Shown here: piece after piece, positions 37,074 to 46,326 of the stretch
How positions within the stretch are numbered: the stretch's first letter is position 1
Layout of the letters: each line of letters starts with the position of its first letter
From: Betaproteobacteria bacterium
GTDB lineage: Bacteria; Pseudomonadota; Gammaproteobacteria; Burkholderiales; JACQAP01
Reading direction: 5' to 3'
Length of the DNA stretch: 64,000 nucleotides
NCBI GenBank assembly: GCA_016194905.1
Contig: JACQAP010000026.1
Location: 28,418 to 92,417 of the forward strand
Notes under the pieces: model-generated
Database searches by the model: none
What the model saw: only the letters and a program-made list of their open reading frames with translations
What the model was told of the DNA's origin: nothing
Translations under genes and position numbers: made by a program

Positions 37074-38228
37074 TTACGGGGTCCCGGCGGCCGTCGGAAA
37101 ACCGACGCGGCGCTCGCGCCCCAGCCATTGCCTCTCCATCTCCACCGATGCGCGTACCGCAAACAGCTTGAGAATGGCATGGTGCGGCAGCACCGGCTGC
37201 ATTTCGACGCGACTCTTGCAGGCGATGTGGCCAATGACCCTGCCTTTGGTATCCAGGCAGGGCAGGCCTAGATATCCCTCGGTGCCGTAGCGGCGTTCCT
37301 CCGGCCAGCGAGCGGTTGCGTGACGGGGCACGAATACGCTTCGCCCGCTCTGGATGACTTCCTGGCAGGGCGTGTTCGCCAGATCGAATTCCTCGCAGGC
37401 GGCGAATTTTCCCTCAATCCAGAAGGCGAGCATGCGCAACCTGTTCGTGGGGTAGTTGCTGCACTCGGTCAGAAAGGCTTCTTTCACGCCGATGAGATCG
37501 GCGAGTTTTCCGACCAGCGCCTGATAACACGCCTGCCCGGAAAGGTCGGCCAGCCCGTCGGCAACCTCCAGCAACACCTGCTGTACCTGGTGGCGCGACG
37601 CAATATCCGTGGTCAGGCCCAGCATGCGGTAAGGCGTGCCATTGGCATGGCGCACGGCCTGGGCGCGCACCAATACCCAGCGATACCGGCCGTCGCGATG
37701 GCGCAGACGGTGCTCGTTCTCGAAACGAACGCTGTGGCCCTGCAGATGCGCATCAACACCAGCCAGGGCGCGCTCGCGGTCCTCGGGATGAATGCGCGAA
37801 TGCCACTCGTCAATCCCGCCGCCTATCTCACATCCTTCATTGCCGAGCATGCTTTTCCATCGCGGCGAATAAAATACCGCGCCGGTTTTCAGGTTCCATT
37901 CCCACATGCCGTCGTTCCCGCCGCTTACGGCGAGGGCATAACGTTCCTCGGTTTCGCGCAGGTTCTCATTCAGCCGCCGGCGGCGGCTGACTTCTTCGGC
38001 GACACGGTCCTGCAAGCGGCCCGCCGCTGCATGCAGATCGTCCAGTCCACCGCGAATGGTCGCCAAAGCGTCGCCGCGCAACAGCGGAACGAGCCCGGCC
38101 GCCGCAACATAGTGGCTTGACTGGGCCGCCAATCGCCCGAGCCGCAATCGCAATATCAGATTAAACGCCAGCGTCAGCGACAATACGCTGACGCTGGCAA
38201 TGGCCGCTGTCACCCAGGCGAAACTCAT
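37074..38228 (-). CDS. Membrane-anchored PAS + GAF-like sensor protein without a recognisable output domain (paralogue 2)
   Basis: 384 aa from ATG 38228, which overlaps the histidine-kinase stop (ATGA). It is colinear with paralogue 1: ERYALAVSGGNDGMWEWNLKTG.VFYSPRWKSMLG, RHRDGRYRW, GYLGLPCLDTKGRVIGHIAC. Confidence 0.75.
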   Translation of the reverse strand: MSFAWVTAAIASVSVLSLTLAFNLILRLRLGRLAAQSSHYVAAAGLVPLLRGDALATIRGGLDDLHAAAGRLQDRVAEEVSRRRRLNENLRETEERYALAVSGGNDGMWEWNLKTGAVFYSPRWKSMLGNEGCEIGGGIDEWHSRIHPEDRERALAGVDAHLQGHSVRFENEHRLRHRDGRYRWVLVRAQAVRHANGTPYRMLGLTTDIASRHQVQQVLLEVADGLADLSGQACYQALVGKLADLIGVKEAFLTECSNYPTNRLRMLAFWIEGKFAACEEFDLANTPCQEVIQSGRSVFVPRHATARWPEERRYGTEGYLGLPCLDTKGRVIGHIACKSRVEMQPVLPHHAILKLFAVRASVEMERQWLGRERRVGFPTAAGTP

Positions 38229-39724
38229 GCCGCGCACTCGAGCGAACCGGACTGCGCCACGGGCAGCGTGAAGCGGAACTCGGTGCCGACTCCCGGGCGG
38301 CTGGCAACATCGATGCGGCTCTCATGCAGTTCGAGAATGCTCCTGGAGATGGCCAGACCCAGACCGGCATGCTCGCCGCGCGCGCGCTGATCGTCGTTGA
38401 CACGGTAAAAGCGATCGAAGATGTGCGGAATTTCCTCTTCAGGGATGCCGCAGCCCGAATCCGCGACTGCGACGACGGCGTGTTGGACATTCGATTTCAG
38501 ATCCAGGCTTACGCTGCCGCCGGCACTGGTATGCGCAATCGCGTTTCCGATCAGGTTTTCCAGCACACGTTCGATCAGGCCGATATCGGCGCACACGAAC
38601 GGCGGATTCCTCGGCAAGTTGACCGCCAGCTTTATTTGCTTCTGGTCCGCCCGGAGCTGGAATTTTTGCATGACATCCTGCATCAGTTCCGCGACGGGGA
38701 ATGCTTCGCGTGACAACTTGACCTCGCGCGCATCGAGCTTGGCAAGTTCGATCAGGTCGCCGATGAGCTTGGCGAGACGCTCGCCGCTGCGCGAAGCGAC
38801 AAGCAGATAGTGACGACGCTCCTCGTCGCTCAGGCTGCCGTCCTTGAGCAACAAGGTGTCCACATATCCCTGCAGCGACGCCAACGGCGTTTTCAGATCA
38901 TGGGATACGTTGGCGACCAGCTCGCGGCGCAGCACATCGTTGTGCGTGAGTTCGCGCACCTGGTCGACCATGCGGATCGACATCTCGCGAAAGGTGCCGG
39001 CCAGCCGGTCGATCTCGTCGGAGTTTTGCCCGGCGGCGGGTAGTTCGGCAACCGGCGCGGTTGAAAATTCGCCGCGCTGGAAATTCGCCATGACCTCGGC
39101 CAGGTGTTCCAGCCGGCGGGTCATGAATGCGAATATCAACATGCCGGTGAGCACGGCAAACAGGACGCCGACCGCGACTTCGCCCACCGTTACCCGCAGG
39201 ATGTAGCTACCGGCCAGGAGGCTGCCGATGCTGTCCTGTTCTTCGTTCGCAAGGATGACGTAGAGAAATCCACGACCGTCGTTTGGCCCCGGTATCGCCG
39301 CTGCCGAGAAAATCTTCCAGGTGCCGGGGTTGCGTGGATCGTTGCCCAGAATCGGCAGTCGGGCGTTGCCGGAGAGGAACCGACGGATGGGATCGAGTGC
39401 GACCTGCGCGAGCTTTACCTTGCCCGGTGCCGCCGAGTATTCGACCACGCGTCCTTCATTGTCCAGCAAATAGATCTCGATCGATGGATTGATCGCCATC
39501 TGCATGTCGAACAGGGATTTCAGGCGCGCCGAGTCGTAGCCTTCTGGCGTGATGAGCCGGTTCTGTTCGAGCAGATGATGCGCCAGTTTCTGGTTCAGCT
39601 TCTGGGTCGCCTCCTGGTTGTAGGCGACGAAGAAATGCAGAGTCGCCAGCACGAGCGCCGTGCCGACTGCGAGAAAAAGCAGCAGCAGGACGCCGGCAAG
39701 CTTGCTGTAAAGAGTGCGGAACAT
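38225..39724 (-). CDS. Sensor histidine kinase (periplasmic sensor domain, HAMP, HisKA, HATPase_c)
   Basis: 499 aa with two TM segments flanking a loop of about 150 aa. The H-box is VSHDLKTPLASLQGY, the N-box is LENLIGNAI, and the G-boxes are DSGCGI and GLGLAI. Confidence 0.9.
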   Translation of the reverse strand: MFRTLYSKLAGVLLLLFLAVGTALVLATLHFFVAYNQEATQKLNQKLAHHLLEQNRLITPEGYDSARLKSLFDMQMAINPSIEIYLLDNEGRVVEYSAAPGKVKLAQVALDPIRRFLSGNARLPILGNDPRNPGTWKIFSAAAIPGPNDGRGFLYVILANEEQDSIGSLLAGSYILRVTVGEVAVGVLFAVLTGMLIFAFMTRRLEHLAEVMANFQRGEFSTAPVAELPAAGQNSDEIDRLAGTFREMSIRMVDQVRELTHNDVLRRELVANVSHDLKTPLASLQGYVDTLLLKDGSLSDEERRHYLLVASRSGERLAKLIGDLIELAKLDAREVKLSREAFPVAELMQDVMQKFQLRADQKQIKLAVNLPRNPPFVCADIGLIERVLENLIGNAIAHTSAGGSVSLDLKSNVQHAVVAVADSGCGIPEEEIPHIFDRFYRVNDDQRARGEHAGLGLAISRSILELHESRIDVASRPGVGTEFRFTLPVAQSGSLECAA

Positions 39725-39749
39725 CAGCGAAGCGGTAAATCGTGAACAG

Positions 39750-40454
39750 TCACTGACGTTCAGCGAACTTGTAGCCCACTCCCCATACCGTCTGGATATA
39801 TTCGGGGTTCTGCGGGTCGCGTTCGATCTTGGCGCGCAAGCGGTTGATGTGCGAATTCACCGTGTGTTCATACCCACTGTGCTGGTATCCCCACACCTGG
39901 TCGAGCAATTGGTCGCGGGTGTACACCCGCCCCGGATGGCGGGCGAAATGCACGAGCAGGTCGAATTCGCGCGCAGTCAGCGTCACCGGTTTGCCGTCGA
40001 GCGCGACGCAGTGGCGCTCGAGATCCAGCGAGAGCGCTCCGGCACGGACCATGTTGCCCGCCTCTGCGATTCCGGCATTGGGGACTGCGCGCATGCGCCG
40101 CAGGATCGCTTTGACCCGTGCGGTGAGTTCGAGCACCGAAAACGGCTTGGTCAGGTAATCGTCGGCGCCCATTTCCAGACCCAGCACGCGGTCCAGTTCT
40201 GAAGATTTCGACGTCAGCATCAGGATCGGGGTGTAGGTACCCCGCCCACGCAACCGCCTGCAAACCTCCAGGCCGTCCAGGCCCGGCAGCTTGAGATCGA
40301 GGATGATCAGGTCGTAGTCCTTCGCTTCCGCTTCGGCCAGGCCGACGATGCCGTCGGCGGCGAGCTTTACCTGGCAGGGAAGGTCCTGCAAATGCAGCCT
40401 GACCAACTGGGAAATGTCTTGATCGTCTTCGATCACCAGTACGCTGTGCGTCAT
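39750..40454 (-). CDS. OmpR/PhoB-family response regulator (REC + winged-helix)
   Basis: 234 aa from ATG 40454. The REC domain shows VLVIEDD...DLIILDLKLPGLDG...PILMLTSK. The winged helix shows LTAREFDLLVHFARHPGRVYTRDQLLD.VWG...RTV..HI.RLR.KIE. Confidence 0.9.
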   Translation of the reverse strand: MTHSVLVIEDDQDISQLVRLHLQDLPCQVKLAADGIVGLAEAEAKDYDLIILDLKLPGLDGLEVCRRLRGRGTYTPILMLTSKSSELDRVLGLEMGADDYLTKPFSVLELTARVKAILRRMRAVPNAGIAEAGNMVRAGALSLDLERHCVALDGKPVTLTAREFDLLVHFARHPGRVYTRDQLLDQVWGYQHSGYEHTVNSHINRLRAKIERDPQNPEYIQTVWGVGYKFAERQ

Positions 40455-40539
40455 GTCCCCCGCGCTTTCATTGTATTGGTCCGGTTCGCCGTTTTGCCGG
40501 CTTTGCCTGATTGGTAGAAGCAAGCCCGGATTCCTTACA

Positions 40540-42747
40540 TTACATCGCCGCCGTTTCCAGCCGCGGCCGAGCGGGTGAGGTCGGGGCGGCCGCGATCAGC
40601 GGCGCGCCGGTGATCAGGCGCGTGCCGCTACGCAGGGTCAGATAGGCCCAGAACCAGTCGAACATCACCGACATCCGGTTGCGCACGCCTACCAGGAAGC
40701 CGACGTGCACCATGCCCCAGAGCCACCAGGCCCCGGCTCCGGACAAACGTACCGAACCGAAGTCGGCTACCGCCGCTTTGCGGCCGATGGTGGCCAGGCT
40801 GCCGAGATGGCGATAGCGGAAAGGTCGTGGCGGCGTTCGCCCGGCAATTCGCGAGCGGATTACCGATGCAACATACAAGCCGCCCTGCTTGGCGGCCGGC
40901 GCCAATCCAGGCACGGGTTGGCCATTCCACGCGGTCGAGTACGCCGTGTCACCGATGGCGAAGACTTCCGGCAGTCCGGTCACCGACAGGTCCGCGCCGA
41001 CCTTGATCCGGCCGGCGTTGTCGGCTTCCGTGCCCAGCCATGTTGCCGCGGGCGAGGCGACCACACCTGCCGCCCACAATACGGTGCGTGCGGCGACACG
41101 CTTGCTGTTCACAGTCACACCCAGCTCGTCTATGGTTTCCACCCGGCTGCCGGTCTGGACCTCAACGCCCAGATTCTCCAGCGAGCGTTTTGCATTCTCG
41201 GAAAGAGCTTGCGGAAATGTGGGCAGTATTCGCGGCGCCGCCTGCACCAGCACTACGCGCGCCGCCGCCGGGTCAAAGCGACGAAAGTCCTTGTCCATGC
41301 CGAAGCGCGCGAGTTCCGAAATTGCTCCGGCCAGTTCAACGCCGGTCGGTCCGCCGCCGACGATGAGAAACGTCAGCAAGGCACGGCGTTCCGATTCGTC
41401 TTCGCAGGCCTCCGCGCGCTCGAACGCGGTGAGCACACGCCTGCGTATGTCGGTTGCGTCTTCGATGCGCTTGAGCCCGGGCGCATGCGCCGCCCAGTCA
41501 TCACGGCCGAAATAACTATGCGAGGCACCGGTGCCCAGCACCAGGAAGTCGTAAGCAATCTGCAGATCACCGACCATGACCTTGCGCGCCGCGGTATCCA
41601 CGGCAGTCACCGTTCCGAGCAGCACCCGGGCGTTGAACTGCTCGCGGAACAATCCGCGCACTGGCGAGGCGATATCACCCGGCGCCAGACTTGCCGTGGC
41701 CACCTGGTACAACAGCGGCTGGAACAGGTGATAGTTGTTGCGGTCGATGAGCGTGACTTGCACCCTTGCCTGGCGCAGCGCCTGCGCGCACGCGAGCCCG
41801 CCGAAACCAGCGCCGACGATGACCACGCGCGGCAAGCCTTCGATGGAGAAGGCAGGCTTGCCGGCGAGTTGCGGGAACACGCCGCGCAGGCGCCTGTGGA
41901 GAAGGGCGTCCAGCGAAAGCGGCCCTGCGCCGAAAGCGAGGAACAGGCCGAGCGCCATTGCCCAACGCCAGTCCGGCCCAAGGCTCGGGTCCATCACGGT
42001 CAGTGCGATGGCCGCCGCAGCCAGCGCGATGGCGGTGAAACGGGTCGCGAAGCCGGTTGCCAGCAGCAATGCACAGGCAACTGCAATGCCTCTCGGCAGT
42101 TGCGGCGCGCTGGCAATCGGCAGCCAGTCCGCAACGGCAATGCCGGCGGCGGGCGATGCGTGGGCGGCAACGACAAGCGCCATGGCCAGCCAGGCTCGCA
42201 GCACCAGCTGATAGACGGGAAAGATGCGCCGCGTGATCCAGTCGAAAATCCGCACGATTCCCGCAGCGAACGGAATCGCGGTGTCGCCCGTCCCGCGCTT
42301 GAGCAGATGATCGAACGACAGCGGCCCGGCGCCGCGCAGCATGATCCACGCCAGCGATGCGGCCCACAACAATTGCGTGTCGAGCGCGCGGTAGCTGAAC
42401 TGGATCACGAGCGCCAGGGCCAGCATCGGAGCCGCCGCCAGGCGAGTCGCGAGTCCCGCCGCCAGCAACACCGAGCCCGCGAGTTCGACGACGACGCCGA
42501 AGACCGCAGCGGCTACGGGATCCAGCCATGAAACCGGATATTCGTTGGCCGACAGGTAGAGCGCAGTTTCCCAGCCGGTGATTTTCAGCAGGCCCGAAAC
42601 GAAGAATGCTTCCGCCACCCACAGCCGGATCGCGAGATCGAGCAGCGGACCGAACGAACGCTCGAGCGCGCGGAACGCGTCCGCGAATGCGGACATGAGA
42701 TTGCCGATCTGCGTGGAATGGACGCTTGCCGCTGCGCGTTTCATCAT
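40540..42747 (-). CDS. Fusion protein: two DoxX-like membrane domains + type II NADH:quinone oxidoreductase (NDH-2)
   Basis: About 735 aa; the start is ATG 42747 or 42744, behind AGGAG. Residues about 30-150 (LLDLAIRLWVAEAFFVSGLLKITGWETALYLSANEYP...GAGPLSFDHLLKR) are clearly paralogous to the stand-alone DoxX at 51953..52432. A second DoxX-like repeat follows (...GAGPLSLDALLHRRL). After that comes the NDH-2 part: RVVIVGAGFGGL..., FLIVGGGPTGVELAG, FAIGD. Confidence 0.85.
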   Translation of the reverse strand: MMKRAAASVHSTQIGNLMSAFADAFRALERSFGPLLDLAIRLWVAEAFFVSGLLKITGWETALYLSANEYPVSWLDPVAAAVFGVVVELAGSVLLAAGLATRLAAAPMLALALVIQFSYRALDTQLLWAASLAWIMLRGAGPLSFDHLLKRGTGDTAIPFAAGIVRIFDWITRRIFPVYQLVLRAWLAMALVVAAHASPAAGIAVADWLPIASAPQLPRGIAVACALLLATGFATRFTAIALAAAAIALTVMDPSLGPDWRWAMALGLFLAFGAGPLSLDALLHRRLRGVFPQLAGKPAFSIEGLPRVVIVGAGFGGLACAQALRQARVQVTLIDRNNYHLFQPLLYQVATASLAPGDIASPVRGLFREQFNARVLLGTVTAVDTAARKVMVGDLQIAYDFLVLGTGASHSYFGRDDWAAHAPGLKRIEDATDIRRRVLTAFERAEACEDESERRALLTFLIVGGGPTGVELAGAISELARFGMDKDFRRFDPAAARVVLVQAAPRILPTFPQALSENAKRSLENLGVEVQTGSRVETIDELGVTVNSKRVAARTVLWAAGVVASPAATWLGTEADNAGRIKVGADLSVTGLPEVFAIGDTAYSTAWNGQPVPGLAPAAKQGGLYVASVIRSRIAGRTPPRPFRYRHLGSLATIGRKAAVADFGSVRLSGAGAWWLWGMVHVGFLVGVRNRMSVMFDWFWAYLTLRSGTRLITGAPLIAAAPTSPARPRLETAAM

Positions 42748-42775
42748 GACTCCTGGATCTGCCGGCATGCCGCGT

Positions 42776-43579
42776 TCATGCGGCTGCAGGCGACTGGTGC
42801 GCGCGATAGCGGCACGGGAATATGCACCTGCTGTCGTTTTCGTGGTGCAGTTTGCAGCACAGCACGGCGCTCCTGCCGCGGGTCATCAGATAGAGTTCCG
42901 CCGCGATCAGCATGCCGGCCACCGGCGCCAGGAAGTAGATCCACGCATCGGTCCAGACCCGTGCCGGCAGGGCGGACGCGAAGGTGCGCGCCGGGTTCAT
43001 GCTCATTCCGGACAGCGGTGCCTCGAAGACGATGAACAATGCAACCAGCACTCCGGCGAACAGGCCGGTGTAGCGATTCAGCGCCGGCCTGTTCGATACC
43101 GTCAGCACCGTGAACATGAGGCCGCCGGAAATGAGTGCCTCGGCGAGAAAAGCCGGCCAGCGGCCGGCCATTCCCGGCACGGTGACGGCGTAGTTCACGG
43201 CCGCGTCGGCAATGACCGCGGTGCCGAACAGGAATGAAAACAGCACGACGCCGGCGGTGCCGCCGGCAAACTGGAACAGTGTGTAGAACATCGCGTCGCG
43301 CGTGTGGATTCTTCCCAGCCGCCAGAACGTCGCCGTGACGGCCGGATTCAGGTGCGCGCCGGAACGCTTGCCCAGCGGTGAATAGATCAGGCCGATCGCC
43401 GTCAGCCCCATGGCCAGCGCGATCAGCGCGCGCCGCGTGAACGGGTCCGGTACCGCCTGCCTGGCGAACGAGGCGGGATGCTCCAGCAAGGCGGTGAAGG
43501 CGCAGGCCGACAGCATGAACAGCCCGAGACCGAGCGCTTCGAGGAAATATTCCGGCCAGTGGTAGTCCCCGGACTTCAC
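42776..43579 (-). CDS. MIP-family channel (aquaporin/aquaglyceroporin-like)
   Basis: 267 aa from GTG 43579, which overlaps the upstream stop (GTGA). It has two NPA boxes (HLNPAVT and MNPARTF) and six hydrophobic segments. Confidence 0.85.
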   Translation of the reverse strand: MKSGDYHWPEYFLEALGLGLFMLSACAFTALLEHPASFARQAVPDPFTRRALIALAMGLTAIGLIYSPLGKRSGAHLNPAVTATFWRLGRIHTRDAMFYTLFQFAGGTAGVVLFSFLFGTAVIADAAVNYAVTVPGMAGRWPAFLAEALISGGLMFTVLTVSNRPALNRYTGLFAGVLVALFIVFEAPLSGMSMNPARTFASALPARVWTDAWIYFLAPVAGMLIAAELYLMTRGRSAVLCCKLHHENDSRCIFPCRYRAHQSPAAA

Positions 43580-46299
43580 GCGACCGCCTTCTTCCTCGTC
43601 GCCCGGGCTGCGGGCTGCTGTGCCTGCTGCTGACGCCAGTAGCTCGGGATGTCGGCGCGGTAGCGGCGCTGCACCAGGTTGGCGACCAGTCCGGTCCACC
43701 CGGTCTGATGCATCGCGCCCAGGCCGAGACCGTTTTCGCCGTGGAAATATTCGTTGAACAGCAACAGGTCTTTCCAGGCCGGGTCGGTCTGAAACGGACT
43801 GTTCCCGGGCAATGCGGGAATGCGTCCGTCGGGTCCGCGGCGAAAGATGTTCACCAGCCGGTCCGAGAGCAGCTTGGAGATCTCGTTGAGGTTCATTTCC
43901 CGGTCGCCCAGGCAGGGCGCGCGCACCTTGAAGCCGTCGCCGAGAAAGCGGTAGTAGCGCTCGATGGCCTGCACCAGCACGTAATTGGTCGGCATCCAGA
44001 TCGGCCCGCGCCAGTTGGAATTGCCGCCGAACAGGCCGGAGTTGGATTCGCCCGGCACGTACTCGATGAGCGCGCGGCCGACGCCCTGGATGACGCCAAG
44101 GTCGCGGCGTTCAGCGTGCACGCGCGACACGGCGCGCACGCCATAGTTCGACAGGAACTCGTTCTCGGACAGCAGGTGCTTGAGGATGGCCCGCAGTTTT
44201 TCGGCGTCGACCAATGCCAGCAGGTGTTCGCCGCGGGCATTGGTCTTGGTCGGGCACTCGGAAACGTAGTGGCCGTCGAACAGCCCGTAGCGATGCGCCT
44301 TCATCACCGCTTCGAAGCGCGGTGCCGCCTTGAGCAGACGCTGATCGACGATTTCGCAGGCGAACAACGGAATCAGACCGACCCAGGAAAACACGTCGAT
44401 GCGCTGCGCACTGCCGTCCGGCCCCACCACTACGTCCTTGAAGAAGCCGTCCTGTTCGTCCCACAGTGATATGCCCATGCCGCTGCCGCCGGCGATGGTG
44501 TTGGCGATGCCGAGGAACTGCAGATAACACTGGATGGCAAGATCTTCGTAGTCTGAATCGGAGGCCGCCAGTTCCAGGCACAGCATGGTCATGTTCAATG
44601 CGAACATCGCCATCCAGCCGGTCGCGTCGGCTTGTTTGAGGCTGAACCCGGCGGGCAGCGGCTGTGAACGGTCGTACACCGAAATGTTGTCCAGTCCGAG
44701 GAAACCACCTTCGAACACGTTGTTGCCGTCGGCGTCCTTGCGATTGAGCCACCAGGTGTAGTTCATCAGGAACTTGTGGGTCACGCGTTGCAGGAAGCCG
44801 ATGTCGCCTTCGCCGCGCTGCACCCTCTCGGCGCGAAAAGCTTTCAGCGCGGCCATCGCCAGCACCGGCGGATTGACGTCGTCGAAGGACCACTCGTACG
44901 CCGGAATCTGGCCGTTGGGGTGCAGGAAGTGTTCGGTGAGCAGCAGTTCGATCTGCTGCTTGGCGAAATCCACGTCGACCAGCGCCAATGCGCCGCAATG
45001 AAAAGCCAGGTCCCAGGCGGCGAACCACGGGTATTCCCATTTGTCCGGCATGGACACGACATGCGCGGCCTTCATGTGGCGCCAGCGGCGATTGCGTCCG
45101 ACCTTGCGGTTCGCGGGCGGCGGCAATTGATCTCCATCCTGCCAGCGCGCGACATCGAAGTGGAAGAACTGCTTGCTCCAGATCATGCCCGCCAGCGACT
45201 GGCGCAGTATGTTCATGTCCTGGGTGTCGCCCTCGGGCAGCAGCTGGTCATAGAACACCGTGGCTTCCGCCTCGCGTTTCGCGAAGGTGACTTCGCGCTT
45301 GCCGAAAGGATCGACGAGCGGCTGGCGCGACAATGTCATGCCGATGGTCGCCGAGTGACCGGGCTCGAGCGTAACGACATGCCAGGCGCCGAACTTGGTG
45401 CCGGACAGTTCCGGGTTGACCGCGGCTTGCTCGGCATTGACGACGCGACGGTGGAATGCGTCTTTCACGTAAGGCGTTGTGCCGGAAACATTCCAAAGGC
45501 GCTCGGCATTGCTCTCGTTTTCCGTGTAAAGCACCTGCGCGGGGTGCCGGCCATAAAGATGGTAAGTGCCCAGCGTGGGGTGGTCGGCTTGCACCGCCCA
45601 CCGGGCGCCCATGGGCACCGCGATATCCCGTAGCACGGGTTTGTCCACCGGATCGCCCCAGGACCAGTCGTTGCGAAACCATAACTGCGGCAGCAGGTGC
45701 AGCGGTGCGGCCTCCGGTCCGTGATTGGTGGCGATGATCCGGATGTGAATCTCGTCCGGTCCGGCCTTCGCATAACGGACTTCGACATCGAAGTAACGGC
45801 TGTCTTCGAACACGCCGGTGTCCAGCAGATTGAACGGCGGTTCCTGTCTGGAGCGACGCGCGTTTTCCCGCACCAGCCATCCGTACGGATACTCCGCCTG
45901 CGGATATTTGTAGAGATAGCGCATCCAGCTGTGGCTGGGCGTGGCGTCGAGGTAGAAGTAGAACTCCTTGACGTCCTCGCCGTGATTGCCCTGGTTTCCG
46001 GTCAGGCCGAACATGCGCTCCTTGAGGATGGGATCCTTGCCGTTCCATATGGCGAGCGCGAAGCACAGGCGCTGATGCTCGTCGCAAATGCCCCCGAGGC
46101 CATCCTCGTTCCAGCGATAGGCGCGACTTCTCGACTGATCGTGATCGAAATACTCCCAGGCGGTGCCGCCTGCACTGTAATCCTCGCGCACCGTGCCCCA
46201 GGCGCGTTCGGCAAGGTAAGGCCCCCATAGCCGCCAGTCCTCGCGGCCTTCGTGTTGCGCCTCCAGTCGTTGCCGTTCCGCGTTCAGCGTTGCGTTCAT
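43576..46299 (-). CDS. Large (alpha/alpha)6-barrel glycoside hydrolase, GH63/MGH1-like ('glucosidase' family)
   Basis: 907 aa. The N-terminus WRLWGPYLAERAWGTVREDYS..GTAWEYF.HD.SRSRAYRWNEDGLGGICD matches proteins I recall as annotated MGH1-like/GH63-like glucosidases. The substrate is unknown. Confidence 0.6.
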   Translation of the reverse strand: MNATLNAERQRLEAQHEGREDWRLWGPYLAERAWGTVREDYSAGGTAWEYFDHDQSRSRAYRWNEDGLGGICDEHQRLCFALAIWNGKDPILKERMFGLTGNQGNHGEDVKEFYFYLDATPSHSWMRYLYKYPQAEYPYGWLVRENARRSRQEPPFNLLDTGVFEDSRYFDVEVRYAKAGPDEIHIRIIATNHGPEAAPLHLLPQLWFRNDWSWGDPVDKPVLRDIAVPMGARWAVQADHPTLGTYHLYGRHPAQVLYTENESNAERLWNVSGTTPYVKDAFHRRVVNAEQAAVNPELSGTKFGAWHVVTLEPGHSATIGMTLSRQPLVDPFGKREVTFAKREAEATVFYDQLLPEGDTQDMNILRQSLAGMIWSKQFFHFDVARWQDGDQLPPPANRKVGRNRRWRHMKAAHVVSMPDKWEYPWFAAWDLAFHCGALALVDVDFAKQQIELLLTEHFLHPNGQIPAYEWSFDDVNPPVLAMAALKAFRAERVQRGEGDIGFLQRVTHKFLMNYTWWLNRKDADGNNVFEGGFLGLDNISVYDRSQPLPAGFSLKQADATGWMAMFALNMTMLCLELAASDSDYEDLAIQCYLQFLGIANTIAGGSGMGISLWDEQDGFFKDVVVGPDGSAQRIDVFSWVGLIPLFACEIVDQRLLKAAPRFEAVMKAHRYGLFDGHYVSECPTKTNARGEHLLALVDAEKLRAILKHLLSENEFLSNYGVRAVSRVHAERRDLGVIQGVGRALIEYVPGESNSGLFGGNSNWRGPIWMPTNYVLVQAIERYYRFLGDGFKVRAPCLGDREMNLNEISKLLSDRLVNIFRRGPDGRIPALPGNSPFQTDPAWKDLLLFNEYFHGENGLGLGAMHQTGWTGLVANLVQRRYRADIPSYWRQQQAQQPAARATRKKAVA

Positions 46300-46326
46300 G
46301 GTTTCGCTCCAAATAGAAAATTGTTA

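Noticed and set aside
40705-42531. 608-aa plus-strand ORF opposite the DoxX-NDH-2 gene.
   Set aside because: It is an antisense shadow ORF of high-GC DNA. Its composition is R/A/G/P-rich and it has no recognisable motifs. The opposite strand encodes clear DoxX and NDH-2 domains.
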